Shown here one piece after another: positions 46,771 through 56,329 of a stretch of 64,000 bases of DNA. The notes beneath the pieces were generated by a model. That model saw nothing but the letters and a program-made list of their open reading frames with translations. It had not been told where the DNA came from and did not search any database. Numbering within the stretch: the first letter of the stretch is position 1; each line of letters begins with the position of its first letter. A program made the translations under genes and the position numbers. The DNA comes from Mycobacteriales bacterium. GTDB taxonomy: Bacteria > Actinomycetota > Actinomycetes > Mycobacteriales > SCTD01. The stretch covers positions 8,821 through 72,820 of the forward strand of contig JBBRNK010000017.1 in NCBI GenBank assembly GCA_038230355.1. The letters run 5' to 3'.

Positions 46771-48915
46771 TCAGGCTCCGATCGCGAGGACGCGAGCCGG
46801 AGCTGCCCCGACGACAGCCTGTACGTCGAGCAGGTCGGTGACGCGACCCTGCAGGACGGCGGAGCCGAGCATCCCGGACTGGTGGCCGCTGCGCTCCACG
46901 ACGACGCGGTCCTCGACGATGTCGACGATCTCGCTCACGACCAGGCCGACCGTACGGCCGTCCTCCTGGTGGACCACGACCTGAAGGAGCTCCGGGAGGG
47001 CCGGGTCCGGAGGAACGCCCAGCGCGCGTGCCACAGAAACCAGAGGCATGATCTGGCCGCGGTACTGCACCACGTCGCGCCCGCCGCTGCGCTCCACCAG
47101 CCCGCGCGGGAACTCCTCGAGCCGTGCCACCTGGGACAGGGGAAGCGCGACGCGGGTGTCGGCCCCGACCCGGAGGACCACGAGCGCCTGGGTGTCGTTG
47201 TCAGCCGCATCGGCCGCGGCAGAGCCGGCGTGGGCGCCTCGCTCTCGGTTCTCCGAGACGACCTTGGCCTGCTGCGCCAGGCCCAGGACGTCGAGGATCA
47301 GGGCCAGCCGACCGTCGCCCATGATGGTCGCTCCAGCGAACGTCGCGATCCCCTTCAGCTGGTGCCCCAGGGGCTTGACGACGATCTCCTCGGTGTCGGT
47401 GACGCCCTCGACCACCAGCCCGAACTGCCGGTCATCGGCTTGCAGCACCACGATGTTGAGCACCTCGCCGGCCTCGATAAGAGGGCCGAGTCCGAGCTCG
47501 TGGCGCAGGTCGACCAGGGGGAGCAGGTTGCCCCGCAACCGGTAGACCGGGGTCTGGTCGATCCGCTCGACGGCGGCCATGGCCTGGGGTCCTTCCAGAC
47601 GTACCAGCTCGAGCAGGTTGACCTGCGGGATGGCGTAGCGATCGCCGCCGGTCACGACGATCAGGGCCGGGATGATGGCGAGCGTCAGCGGGATCCGGAT
47701 CCGGAGGGTGGTGCCTTGCCCGGGGCGGGGCTGGAGGTCGACCGTGCCACCGATCTTCTCGATGCTGGTCTTCACGACGTCCATGCCGACGCCGCGGCCC
47801 GAGACGTTGGTGATGGTCTGCGCGGTGCTGAAGCCCGGCAGGAAGATGAGGTTGGCGACCTCGCGGTCGCTGAGCCTGGCCGCCTGGTCGGCGGTGAGTA
47901 GCAGCCTTTCGACCGCGCGTGCCCTGACGCGCTCGAGGTCGACACCCGCACCGTCGTCGGACACCTCGATGTTGACCTGGCCGCCCTCGTGGAAGGCGCG
48001 CAGCACGAGCAGCCCCTCGGGCGGCTTCCCCGCAGCGATTCTCGCGTCGGGAGTCTCCACGCCGTGGTCGACCGAGTTGCGGATGATGTGTGTGAGCGGG
48101 TCCTTGATGGCCTCGATGATCGTCTTGTCGAGCTCGGTGTCCTCGCCCTCCATCTCGATCCGGACCTGCTTGCCGCACTGGAGCGCCAGGTCGCGCACGA
48201 CGCGGGGGAACTTGCTCCACACCGTCCCGACCGGCTGCATCCGGGTCTTCATCACCCCCTCCTGCAGCTCGCTGGTGATGAGGTTGAGGCGCTGGGACGT
48301 ACTGACGAAGCCGGGGTCGCTGTCGGCGCGGGTGAACTGCAGGACCCGGTTGCGGGCGAGCACCAGCTCGCCGACCAGGTTCATCAGCTTGTCGAGCAGG
48401 GCGACGTCGACCCGGATGGTGTGGTCGCTGACGCTGGTACGCAGCTCGGCCTGGGTCTGCAGCGCCTCCACCAGCTCGCCAGCCTCAGTCGCTGGTGCCG
48501 CTGCCGGGACCGCTGCCAGGGCCGGCTGCTCGCCGCGCTGCAGGCGACCCAGCTCGTCGACGAGGGCGGAGTAGTCGCCGTCGCCCTCGTCGCCGCAGCT
48601 CTGGATGGTGGCCAGCATGCCGCGCACGGCGTCGACCATCTGCAGCAGGCCGCTCACCATGTCCGCGGTGAGGACCAGCTCGCGGTCGCGCAGCCGGCTG
48701 AGCAGGCCCTCGCCGACGTGCGTGACGGACTCGAGCCGGGAGAACCCGAGAAACCCGCAGGTCCCCTTGATCGTGTGGATCGTGCGAAAGATGCTCGACA
48801 GGGTCTCGACGTCATCCGGCGTGCGCTCGAGCGCGACCAGGTCCTGGTCGAGCCGGTCGAGGTTCTCGTGGGACTCGACCAGGAACTCCTGGACGATCTC
48901 GTCGTTGTCCTCCAT
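46771..48915 (-). CDS. cheA: CheA kinase (HPt-dimer-HATPase-CheW-CheW; no P2 domain)
   Basis: FRTIHTIKG, IRVDV.LLD.LMNLVGELV, HIIRNSVDHG, SGRGVGMDVV, two CheW-like domains. Confidence 0.97.
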   Translation of the reverse strand: MEDNDEIVQEFLVESHENLDRLDQDLVALERTPDDVETLSSIFRTIHTIKGTCGFLGFSRLESVTHVGEGLLSRLRDRELVLTADMVSGLLQMVDAVRGMLATIQSCGDEGDGDYSALVDELGRLQRGEQPALAAVPAAAPATEAGELVEALQTQAELRTSVSDHTIRVDVALLDKLMNLVGELVLARNRVLQFTRADSDPGFVSTSQRLNLITSELQEGVMKTRMQPVGTVWSKFPRVVRDLALQCGKQVRIEMEGEDTELDKTIIEAIKDPLTHIIRNSVDHGVETPDARIAAGKPPEGLLVLRAFHEGGQVNIEVSDDGAGVDLERVRARAVERLLLTADQAARLSDREVANLIFLPGFSTAQTITNVSGRGVGMDVVKTSIEKIGGTVDLQPRPGQGTTLRIRIPLTLAIIPALIVVTGGDRYAIPQVNLLELVRLEGPQAMAAVERIDQTPVYRLRGNLLPLVDLRHELGLGPLIEAGEVLNIVVLQADDRQFGLVVEGVTDTEEIVVKPLGHQLKGIATFAGATIMGDGRLALILDVLGLAQQAKVVSENRERGAHAGSAAADAADNDTQALVVLRVGADTRVALPLSQVARLEEFPRGLVERSGGRDVVQYRGQIMPLVSVARALGVPPDPALPELLQVVVHQEDGRTVGLVVSEIVDIVEDRVVVERSGHQSGMLGSAVLQGRVTDLLDVQAVVGAAPARVLAIGA

Positions 48916-49172
48916 CAGCGGTGCCTCCTCGCCAGCCCCATCGTCGGGGCAGCCGAGGTGGTGACTCCCCGAACGGGTCGAGTCCGGAAAATGAGCAGGT
49001 AGGACCGGTCATGCTGACCCGCAAGGACTAGTTGCTGTTTGGTCGCCCTTGCCGCTCATCGGCCCTGCTGCGCCTCCGATGGGGCAGGACCGCAGAACCT
49101 GGCCGAGGAGGACCCCGATGCGCGCTTTGGCGAAGCTCAGCACGCTCGGCCTGCCGGTAGGTGCGTGAGCCG

Positions 49173-50003
49173 ATGGCGCTCGCCCAGAGCGATTTCACCT
49201 TCATCAGCCGGCTCGTGCGGCAGCAGGCGGCCATCGTGCTGGAGCCCGGCAAGGAGTACCTCGTCGAGTCCCGCCTCGCCGCCCTCGCGCAGGCCGAGTG
49301 CAAGGGCACCATCTCCGACCTGGTGAGCCGACTGCAGGGCGACCGGACGGGGCAGCTCGCCATCAAGGTCGTCGACGCGATGACGACCAACGAGACGCTC
49401 TTCTTCCGGGACGGTCACCCGTTCGACGGGCTGCGCAACGTCGTACTGCCTGAGCTGTTGGCAAAGCGCAGCAAGGAGCGTGCGCTCACCGTGTGGTGCG
49501 GGGCCTCCTCCAGCGGGCAGGAGCCGTACAGCTTGGCGATGGTCCTGAGCGAGGTCCTGGCGCAGCACCCTGCCTTCACGGTCACCCTCTTGGCCAGCGA
49601 CGTGAACGAGTGCATGCTCAGCCGCACCCGCGAGGGTCGCTACAGCCAGCTCGAGGTGAACCGTGGGTTGCCGATCGCGATGCTCCTGCGGCATTTCGAC
49701 AGGGACGGGGCCCACTGGCGGGTGCGGCCTGACCTCCGCGCGATGGTGCAGACCCGTCAGGTGAACCTCGCGGCGCCCCTGCCCCGGCTCGGCAGTTTCG
49801 ACCTGGTGTTCTTGCGCAACGTGCTGATCTACTTCGATCCCGATGTCAAACGCGCCGTCCTGCAGGAGGTCAAGAAGCTGCTCAAGCCGGACGGCTACCT
49901 GTTTCTCGGGGGTGCGGAGACGACCTTGACCATCGACGACTCGTGGGAGCGCGTGACCCTCGGTCCCACCACCGCCTACCGCCCTGGGAAGACCAGGGCA
50001 TGA
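49173..50003 (+). CDS. cheR: Methyltransferase CheR
   Basis: TTNETLFFRD, SSGQEPYS, FDLVFLRNVLIYFD, GYLFLG..E. Confidence 0.96.
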   Translation: MALAQSDFTFISRLVRQQAAIVLEPGKEYLVESRLAALAQAECKGTISDLVSRLQGDRTGQLAIKVVDAMTTNETLFFRDGHPFDGLRNVVLPELLAKRSKERALTVWCGASSSGQEPYSLAMVLSEVLAQHPAFTVTLLASDVNECMLSRTREGRYSQLEVNRGLPIAMLLRHFDRDGAHWRVRPDLRAMVQTRQVNLAAPLPRLGSFDLVFLRNVLIYFDPDVKRAVLQEVKKLLKPDGYLFLGGAETTLTIDDSWERVTLGPTTAYRPGKTRA

Positions 50004-50016
50004 GGAAAGAGAGCGC

Positions 50017-50475
50017 ATGACGACCACCCATCAGGCCACGGCTGTGACGGCGGAGCAGATCGCCGAGATCGCCGGCGACGTCTGGACCTCCTTCTTGTCG
50101 ATGGACCTCGCACCTGACGGTTCGGAACCCCTGACCGGTCCGACCCTCACCGGCTGCGTGCACATCTCGGGGGACTGGGACGGCTCGGTGTTCGTGCAGT
50201 GCGCCGCCGACCACGCCCGGCTGGCTGCGGAGGCCATGTTCGCAGCCGACCCCGGGACCCTGTCGCCGGACGAGGTGAGCGATGCGCTCGGGGAGCTGAC
50301 CAACATGGTCGGCGGGAACATCAAGAGCCTGCTTCCCGCGCCGAGCAAGCTGTCGGTCCCGTCCGTCGCGGGTGGCGACAGCTACACCCTGCGCATCCCC
50401 GGGGCGACCCGGGTCGAGGCCGTGACCCTGCGCAGCCCGGGCGGGCCTGTGCACATCAGCATCTGGAAGGTGTGA
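50017..50475 (+). CDS. cheX: CheY-P phosphatase CheX
   Basis: G.V.ISG.W.G, DALGELTNMVGGNIK, LSVPSV..G. Confidence 0.92.
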   Translation: MTTTHQATAVTAEQIAEIAGDVWTSFLSMDLAPDGSEPLTGPTLTGCVHISGDWDGSVFVQCAADHARLAAEAMFAADPGTLSPDEVSDALGELTNMVGGNIKSLLPAPSKLSVPSVAGGDSYTLRIPGATRVEAVTLRSPGGPVHISIWKV

Positions 50476-50478
50476 GCC

Positions 50479-50844
50479 GTGAAGATCCTCATCGTCGACG
50501 ACAGCAGAGCCATGCGCATGATCGTCACCCGGACCCTGCGGCAGGCCGGCTTCGGCGACCACGAGTTCCTGGAGGCGGAGAACGGCGCGGAGGGGCTCGC
50601 GCTGGTCGACAGCGCCGACCCGGACCTCGTGCTCAGCGACTGGAACATGCCCGAGGTCAACGGGATCGAGTTCCTGCAAGCTTTGCGCAGCAAGGGATCT
50701 GCGGTTCGTTTCGGCTTCGTGACCTCCGAGTCGACCGATGCCATGCGGACCCTCGCGGCCGAGGCCGGCGCGCTGTTCCTGATCGCCAAGCCGTTCACGG
50801 CGGACACCTTCGTCACCGCTCTGGGCTCGGTGCTGGCGGTATGA
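50479..50844 (+). CDS. cheY: CheY
   Basis: IVDDS..MR, SDWNMP, FVTSE, AKPFT. Confidence 0.93.
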   Translation: MKILIVDDSRAMRMIVTRTLRQAGFGDHEFLEAENGAEGLALVDSADPDLVLSDWNMPEVNGIEFLQALRSKGSAVRFGFVTSESTDAMRTLAAEAGALFLIAKPFTADTFVTALGSVLAV

Positions 50845-51338
50845 CCGCCGACCTCGATGCCCCGCCATCCGGGCTTCCCACGGCTGATGACCTGCGCGCT
50901 CTGCTCAACGGGTTGTTCGACCGGGCCGTCACCGTGCAGACCGAGGAACGCCCGGCGCTGCGGGGCCGAGACGTTCAGGTCGTCGGCTCCTATGCGGACG
51001 ACACCGGCGCCCCTCGCGCCGTCGTCTTCTGCGACCTCGTCATGGGTAACGTCCTCGGCGCGGCCCTGGCGCTCGTGCCCGCACCCCGGGTGCAGGAGGC
51101 CCTCGCCGGCGGAGCCGTGCCCGGTGACCTCGCGGACAACACCAGGGAGGTGCTGAACGTCGCTGCGTCCCTGTTCAACCACGGACCGGCGCACCTGAAG
51201 CTCAAGGACACCTGGGTGGTACCTGAGCCGGTGGGGGAGGACGTCGTCGCGTTCCTGCGCGAGCCGGGCCGCCGGGTGGACCTGCGGGTCGACGTGCCGG
51301 GCTACGGAAGCGGCCTGCTGGCGTTGCTGCTGCGCTGA
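50841..51338 (+). CDS. Conserved chemotaxis-cluster protein, CheC/CheX-like (E-x-x-N)
   Basis: ATGA-coupled to cheY; LADNTREVLNVAASLFN; VPGYGSG.L. Confidence 0.7.
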   Translation: MTADLDAPPSGLPTADDLRALLNGLFDRAVTVQTEERPALRGRDVQVVGSYADDTGAPRAVVFCDLVMGNVLGAALALVPAPRVQEALAGGAVPGDLADNTREVLNVAASLFNHGPAHLKLKDTWVVPEPVGEDVVAFLREPGRRVDLRVDVPGYGSGLLALLLR

Positions 51339-51345
51339 CCTCAGG

Positions 51346-51729
51346 TCACCCTGAGACCAGCGGCGCGTTGACCAGGCTCTGGGCGGCCCGGTCGAGGTGC
51401 TCCCAGATCGCCGCACGTGCCTCGTCGCTCACGTCCACGGACAGCACCGCCTCGCGCATGTGCCCGAGCCAGGCGTCGCGCTCGCGCTCCCCGATGACCC
51501 AGTGCGCGTGCCGCATCCTGAGGCGGGGGTGGCCACGTCGGTCGGAGTAGGTGCTGGGCCCGCCCCAGTACTGCACGAGGAACAGCGTCAGCCGCTCGCG
51601 GGCGGCCGTCAGGTCCTCGTCCGGGTAGAGCGGGCGCAGGATCGGGTCGAGGGCGACGCCGGCGTAGAAGCGGTCGACGACCTGCCGGAAGACGGCCTCG
51701 CCTCCGACCGCGTCGAACAGGGTGTCCAT
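51346..51729 (-). CDS. glbO: Group II truncated haemoglobin
   Basis: VGG...F..VVDRFY, FLVQYWGGP..YS..RGHPRLRMRH, RDAWL. Confidence 0.95.
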   Translation of the reverse strand: MDTLFDAVGGEAVFRQVVDRFYAGVALDPILRPLYPDEDLTAARERLTLFLVQYWGGPSTYSDRRGHPRLRMRHAHWVIGERERDAWLGHMREAVLSVDVSDEARAAIWEHLDRAAQSLVNAPLVSG

Positions 51730-51738
51730 GGGGTCAGG

Positions 51739-52695
51739 CTATGCGCCGGCGGCGGGCGGCAGGTCCCCGAACGTGCGGACCGTGCGCTGGGGGACGCCGA
51801 TGTCGATGCCGTGCTCGTTCAGCGCGGCGATCAGCTTCTCCCGCAGCTCGCGCTCGACCCGCCACTGCTCCATCGGCGAGGTCTTGACCGCCAGGCGCAG
51901 CAGCAGGCCGTCCGCACCCAACGACTCGAGCCCCCAGACCTCGGGGGCCTCCAGGACGGCCCCGGCGAAGGTCGGCTCGTCGCGGACGCCCTGAGCCACC
52001 GCGAGAACGACGGCGCGGGCAGCCGGCACGTCCGTCTCGAGTGCCAGCGGCAGGTCGATGATCGCCCTCGCCCAGCCCTGGCTCATGTTGCCCACCCGGG
52101 CGATCTCGCCGTTGCGGACGTGCCACACGGTCCCGTTGACGTCACGCAGCCGGGTGGTGCGCAGGCTGACCGACTCGACGGTGCCGCTGGCCGGGCCGAC
52201 GTCGATGACGTCACCCACGCCGTACTGGTCCTCGAGCAGCATGAACATGCCGGTGAGGAAGTCCTTCACGAGGTTCTGCGCGCCGAAGCCGACCGCGACC
52301 CCGACGATGCCCGCGCTCGCCACGACAGGAGTCAGGTCCAGACCGAGCTCGGCCAGCAGCATCGCGCCGGCCACGGTCGCCACCGCCAGCGAGGCGATGC
52401 TCCGGAGCACCGAACCGAGGGTCTCGGTCCGTTGCCGACGACGTTCCGACAGCAGCGCCGTCGGCTCGAAGACGGTGCCCCGCGTGCGGTCGCTCAGCGG
52501 CCGCAGGACCACCGGGACGCTGCCCTCGACGGCGGTGCTGACCAGTCGTCGTACGCCGCGGTGGAGCACGTTGCGGACGACCAGGGCAAGGACGACGATC
52601 ACGACGACCCGTACGCCGTGGGTGGCCAGGGCCGAGCCGTGGTCGTCGAACCAGCCGCTGACGTTGGAGCTGAAGGAAGAGGCCTGGGGCTGCAC
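51739..52695 (-). CDS. MscS-family mechanosensitive channel
   Basis: AGIVGVAVGFGAQNLVKDF..G...EDQYGVGD, G.VE..SLRTT.LRD..G. Confidence 0.93.
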   Translation of the reverse strand: MQPQASSFSSNVSGWFDDHGSALATHGVRVVVIVVLALVVRNVLHRGVRRLVSTAVEGSVPVVLRPLSDRTRGTVFEPTALLSERRRQRTETLGSVLRSIASLAVATVAGAMLLAELGLDLTPVVASAGIVGVAVGFGAQNLVKDFLTGMFMLLEDQYGVGDVIDVGPASGTVESVSLRTTRLRDVNGTVWHVRNGEIARVGNMSQGWARAIIDLPLALETDVPAARAVVLAVAQGVRDEPTFAGAVLEAPEVWGLESLGADGLLLRLAVKTSPMEQWRVERELREKLIAALNEHGIDIGVPQRTVRTFGDLPPAAGA

Positions 52696-52766
52696 GACCC
52701 GACCCTAGGACCTCAGACCGAGCAAGACCGAACACCCGACGCGGAGTCGGCGCGGACGGGACCTCC

Positions 52767-53357
52767 GTGGCGAAGAACGGGGTCCTCAGGCAGGATGCCC
52801 GGTGGGAGGAAGCCGTGGCCGGACCACCAGCTCCAGGGCAGGCACTCGTGCTCAACGCGAGCTACGAGCCGCTGTGCGTTGTCCCCGGCCGCCGTGCGGT
52901 GGTGCTGGTGCTCACCGAGAAGGCCGTCGCGGTGGCCCACGGTGACGCGACCTTGCACAGCGAGCGGTCCGAGATCAACGTTCCGTCGGTCGTGCGGTTG
53001 ACCCGTTTCGTCCGCGTGCCCTACCGGGGTGCCGTACCGCTGACCCGTCGGGCCGTCTTCGCCCGCGACGGTGGTCGCTGCATGTACTGCGCGGCTCCCG
53101 CGACGAGCCTGGACCATGTGATCCCCAAGAGCCGAGGAGGCCCGCACTCCTGGGACAACGTGGTCTCCGCCTGCTCCCGTTGTAACCATGTCAAGGCCGA
53201 CCGGGGGATCGCCGAGCTCGGCTGGCGGCTGCGCCACCCACCCGTCGCGCCGACGGGGGCGGCCTGGATGATCCTGGGCGCCAAGCGGGTCGACCCGCGG
53301 TGGCGGCCCTTTCTCGGTGGCGATGACGACGAGGCGCTCTGGGGCACCCCCGCGTGA
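52767..53357 (+). CDS. HNH endonuclease (Rv2469c-like)
   Basis: LVLNASYEPL, RD..RCMYC, DHVIPKSRGG..SWDNVVSAC..CN..K; start may be 52815. Confidence 0.9.
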   Translation: MAKNGVLRQDARWEEAVAGPPAPGQALVLNASYEPLCVVPGRRAVVLVLTEKAVAVAHGDATLHSERSEINVPSVVRLTRFVRVPYRGAVPLTRRAVFARDGGRCMYCAAPATSLDHVIPKSRGGPHSWDNVVSACSRCNHVKADRGIAELGWRLRHPPVAPTGAAWMILGAKRVDPRWRPFLGGDDDEALWGTPA

Positions 53358-53905
53358 CGCCCCTCGCCGACGGTGATGTCCTGACCCGGCTGCGGCCGGC
53401 CACGCCCGCTGACGCGCCCCTGCTCGCCACCTGGCGGTCCGCCCCCGCCTCGCCGTACGAGGACTGGAGCGGTCCTCCGCCGCCGGGCGTGCCGGCCGAC
53501 CTGAGCTTGCTGCGGCCCACCGGCCTCGGCGACCTGGTCGTCACCGACGGGGACGACCAGCCGATCGGCACGGTCAGCTGGCACCCGGTGCTGTACGGAC
53601 CCAACTCCGGCTCGCAGGCCCTCGACATCGGGATCTCGCTGCGGACCGAGTTCCGCGGGAAGGGGCATGGGACGCGGGCGCAGCGGATGCTCGCGAGCTT
53701 GCTGTTCGCGACGACCGCCGTGCAGCGGGTGCAGGCCTCCACCGACGTGGCCAACGTCGCCGAGCAACGCGCGCTGGAGCGCGCGGGCTTCACGCGCGAG
53801 GGGGTCCTGCGGGGGGCGCAGTGGCGCCAGGGCCGGTGGAACGACCTCGTCAGCTATGCCTGCCTGCGTGCGGACCTCTCGAGGCTGGGCAGACTGGGCG
53901 GGTGA
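53354..53905 (+). CDS. GNAT (RimJ/RimL-like) acetyltransferase
   Basis: RGKGHGT, N.A.QRALERAGF..EGVLR. Confidence 0.9.
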   Translation: MTPLADGDVLTRLRPATPADAPLLATWRSAPASPYEDWSGPPPPGVPADLSLLRPTGLGDLVVTDGDDQPIGTVSWHPVLYGPNSGSQALDIGISLRTEFRGKGHGTRAQRMLASLLFATTAVQRVQASTDVANVAEQRALERAGFTREGVLRGAQWRQGRWNDLVSYACLRADLSRLGRLGG

Positions 53906-55887
53906 CCCTCGAGCGACTGGCTGACCTGCACGGCGTGGCGACCTCCTACCAGGACTGGGCCGGGCGGCGGGTCGAGGTCTCCCGCGGGGCCGTCCTCGCG
54001 GCGCTGTCCGCGATGGGCGTCGACGGCTCCAGCGACGAGGCGGTGGTCGATGCGCTGGCTGCCCACGACAACGCCGGCTGGTCGCGGGCCCTCCCGCCCG
54101 TCGCTGTGCTCCACGAGGGGGTCGCCGGCGGCGTCGACGTCGTGGGTGAGCACCGCCTCACGTTGGTCCTGGAGGACGGCACGACGCGGCCCGTCACGGT
54201 GGGGGAGCAGCTGGACAAACGAGAAGGCCTGGTACGTCGACGGGTCCTCCTCGAGCCGCTCCCGCTCGGCTACCACGAGCTGAGAGCCGGCGAGCTGACC
54301 TGCGTCCTGGTGGTCGTGCCGGACCGGCTGGAGCTCGCCGGGGGCCGCCACTGGGGCTGGCAGGTGCAGCTCTACGCGATGCGGTCGGCCGACTCCTGGG
54401 GGATCGGCGACTACGCGGACCTGCGCACGATCGTCACGGCGGCAGCCGCGGACGGAGCCGGTGTGGTCCTGGTCAACCCGCTCCATGCCGAGACGCCCGC
54501 GCTGCCGATCCAGCCGTCGCCGTACTCGCCGTCGTCCCGGTTGTTCCGCTCGGCACTGGCCCTGCGCGTGCAGGACGTCCCGGAGTACGCCGCGGTCAGC
54601 GCCGCTGTCGACGCCCTCAGGCCGGTGGCGGACCCGGAGCGGATCGACCGGGACGCGGTGTGGAAAGCCAAGCTCGCCGCGCTCGAGCTGATGTGGCCGT
54701 CCCACCGGACCGGTGCGTTGGCGCAGTTCAGGGTGGTCGGCGGGGAGGCGCTCGAGCGGTTCGCGCTGTTCTGCGCGCTGGCCGAGATCCACGGCGGGGA
54801 CTGGACGCTGTGGCCCGAGGAGCTGGCCCGACCGTCGGAGGGCCAGCTGGTCGCTCACGAGCAGCGGGTGAGCTTCTGGTGCTGGGTGCAGCTGCTGGTC
54901 GACGAGCAGCTCGCCGGCGTCGGTGACGGCCTCGCGCTGGGCGTCCTGCACGACCTGGCGGTCGGGGTGGACGCGGGTGGGGCCGACGCCTGGGCGCTGC
55001 AGGACGCGCTCGCGTTGGGCACGTCGGCGGGGGCCCCTCCGGACTCCTTCAACCAGAAGGGCCAGGACTGGGGACTGCCCCCGTGGCGGCCCGACCGGCT
55101 TCGGGAGGCGGCGTACCTGCCCTTTCGGCAGATGGTGCGAGGGGTGCTGCGGCATGCCGGTGGGATCCGGGTGGACCACGTCATGGGCCTGTCGCGGCTG
55201 TGGTGGGTCCCGGCCGGGCACGACGCCTCTGAGGGGACCTACGTGTCCTACGACGCTGAGGCACTGATCGGGATCCTCGCCCTCGAGGCGCACCGTGCCG
55301 GCGCGATCGTCGTGGGGGAGGACCTCGGGACCGTCCAGCCGTCGGTGCGGACGCTGCTCGACAGCACCGGTGTTCTGGGCAGTGCCGTGCTGTGGTTCCA
55401 GACGAGCGACGACGGGCGGTTCCTGCCCCCGGCCACCTGGCGCCGCGAGGCCGTGGCGTCCGTCACGACCCACGACCTACCGACCGCGGCAGGCTGGTGG
55501 GCGGAGGAGCACATTCGGGTGCGCGCCGAGCTGGGGCAGCTCGGGCACTCCGTCGAGCAGGAGCAGCAGCGGGTCCGCACCGACCGCGACCTGCTGCTCG
55601 CGATGCTGCGGCACGAGGGGCTGCTGGGGGCGGCCGAGCCCTCCGGGGCCCAGGTCGTGGATGCCCTTCATGCGGCGCTGGTCGCCTCGCCCTGCCGGGT
55701 CGTGCTCGCCGCGTACGGCGACGCCGTCGGCGACCTGCGGCAGCCCAACCTGCCCGGCACCGTCGACGCCTATCCCAACTGGCGGCTGCCGGTGGCTGAC
55801 GCTTCGGGCCACCCGCTGGGGCTGGAGCAGCTGCTCGAGCACCCTGGCGTACGCCGGCTCACGGCTGTGCTCCAGCAGGTGCGCTGA
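53902..55887 (+). CDS. malQ: 4-alpha-glucanotransferase (GH77)
   Basis: QLY..RS..SWGIGD, SPYSPSSR, HDLAVG, GAPPD.F...GQDWG.PP, RVDH, GEDLG, THD, NLPGT. Confidence 0.96.
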   Translation: MTLERLADLHGVATSYQDWAGRRVEVSRGAVLAALSAMGVDGSSDEAVVDALAAHDNAGWSRALPPVAVLHEGVAGGVDVVGEHRLTLVLEDGTTRPVTVGEQLDKREGLVRRRVLLEPLPLGYHELRAGELTCVLVVVPDRLELAGGRHWGWQVQLYAMRSADSWGIGDYADLRTIVTAAAADGAGVVLVNPLHAETPALPIQPSPYSPSSRLFRSALALRVQDVPEYAAVSAAVDALRPVADPERIDRDAVWKAKLAALELMWPSHRTGALAQFRVVGGEALERFALFCALAEIHGGDWTLWPEELARPSEGQLVAHEQRVSFWCWVQLLVDEQLAGVGDGLALGVLHDLAVGVDAGGADAWALQDALALGTSAGAPPDSFNQKGQDWGLPPWRPDRLREAAYLPFRQMVRGVLRHAGGIRVDHVMGLSRLWWVPAGHDASEGTYVSYDAEALIGILALEAHRAGAIVVGEDLGTVQPSVRTLLDSTGVLGSAVLWFQTSDDGRFLPPATWRREAVASVTTHDLPTAAGWWAEEHIRVRAELGQLGHSVEQEQQRVRTDRDLLLAMLRHEGLLGAAEPSGAQVVDALHAALVASPCRVVLAAYGDAVGDLRQPNLPGTVDAYPNWRLPVADASGHPLGLEQLLEHPGVRRLTAVLQQVR

Positions 55888-55948
55888 GCGGTTCGCTACG
55901 GTGGAGGCGATCGCCTACGAGGGCGCCTGACCACAGACGAGGGAGCAC

Positions 55949-56329
55949 GTGAGCCGCGCTCTGAGCCGTGCCGCCACGACGGGCCTGACCGGGCTCGCCA
56001 CTGCTGCTGTCACGATCGGGCTGACCGTCGTGGTCACGGCGGGCCCGGCGTTCGCGGAGAATCCGCTGGGCAACTCCGAGGGAGCCGACCCGGGCAAGGG
56101 CCTGGGCACCGCGGCAGCCCTGCTCCTGTACGTCGCCCTGCCGCTGTTGGCGCTCGCGCTGATCGCGACCGTCGTCCTGCTGCCGGGCGTCCGGGCGCAC
56201 CGCTACCGGCCCTCCAAGGCCTGGAACGCCTCCCCGGTGTGGTTCGCCGGCCCTCCCGAGCCGGTCGCCGCCGTCCAGGCCGCCCAGCTCGGTGACGTGG
56301 TGAGGGGTGGAGCAAGTGGAGGCTGGTAG
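55949..56329 (+). CDS. CtaJ-like small membrane protein
   Basis: TM, then YRP...W...PVWF.GP...GGASGGW, typical of the actinobacterial protein upstream of DUF5130. Confidence 0.65.
   Translation: MSRALSRAATTGLTGLATAAVTIGLTVVVTAGPAFAENPLGNSEGADPGKGLGTAAALLLYVALPLLALALIATVVLLPGVRAHRYRPSKAWNASPVWFAGPPEPVAAVQAAQLGDVVRGGASGGW

Noticed and set aside
51346..51729. Truncated haemoglobin as an aerotaxis sensor for the adjacent che operon
   Set aside because: It is convergent to the che genes and belongs to the conserved glbO-HNH-pepN backbone found in non-motile actinobacteria
52767..53357. HNH nuclease (with GNAT) as a mobile or defence system
   Set aside because: It matches the housekeeping Rv2469c-like gene in its usual context; no methylase, integrase or antitoxin-like partner
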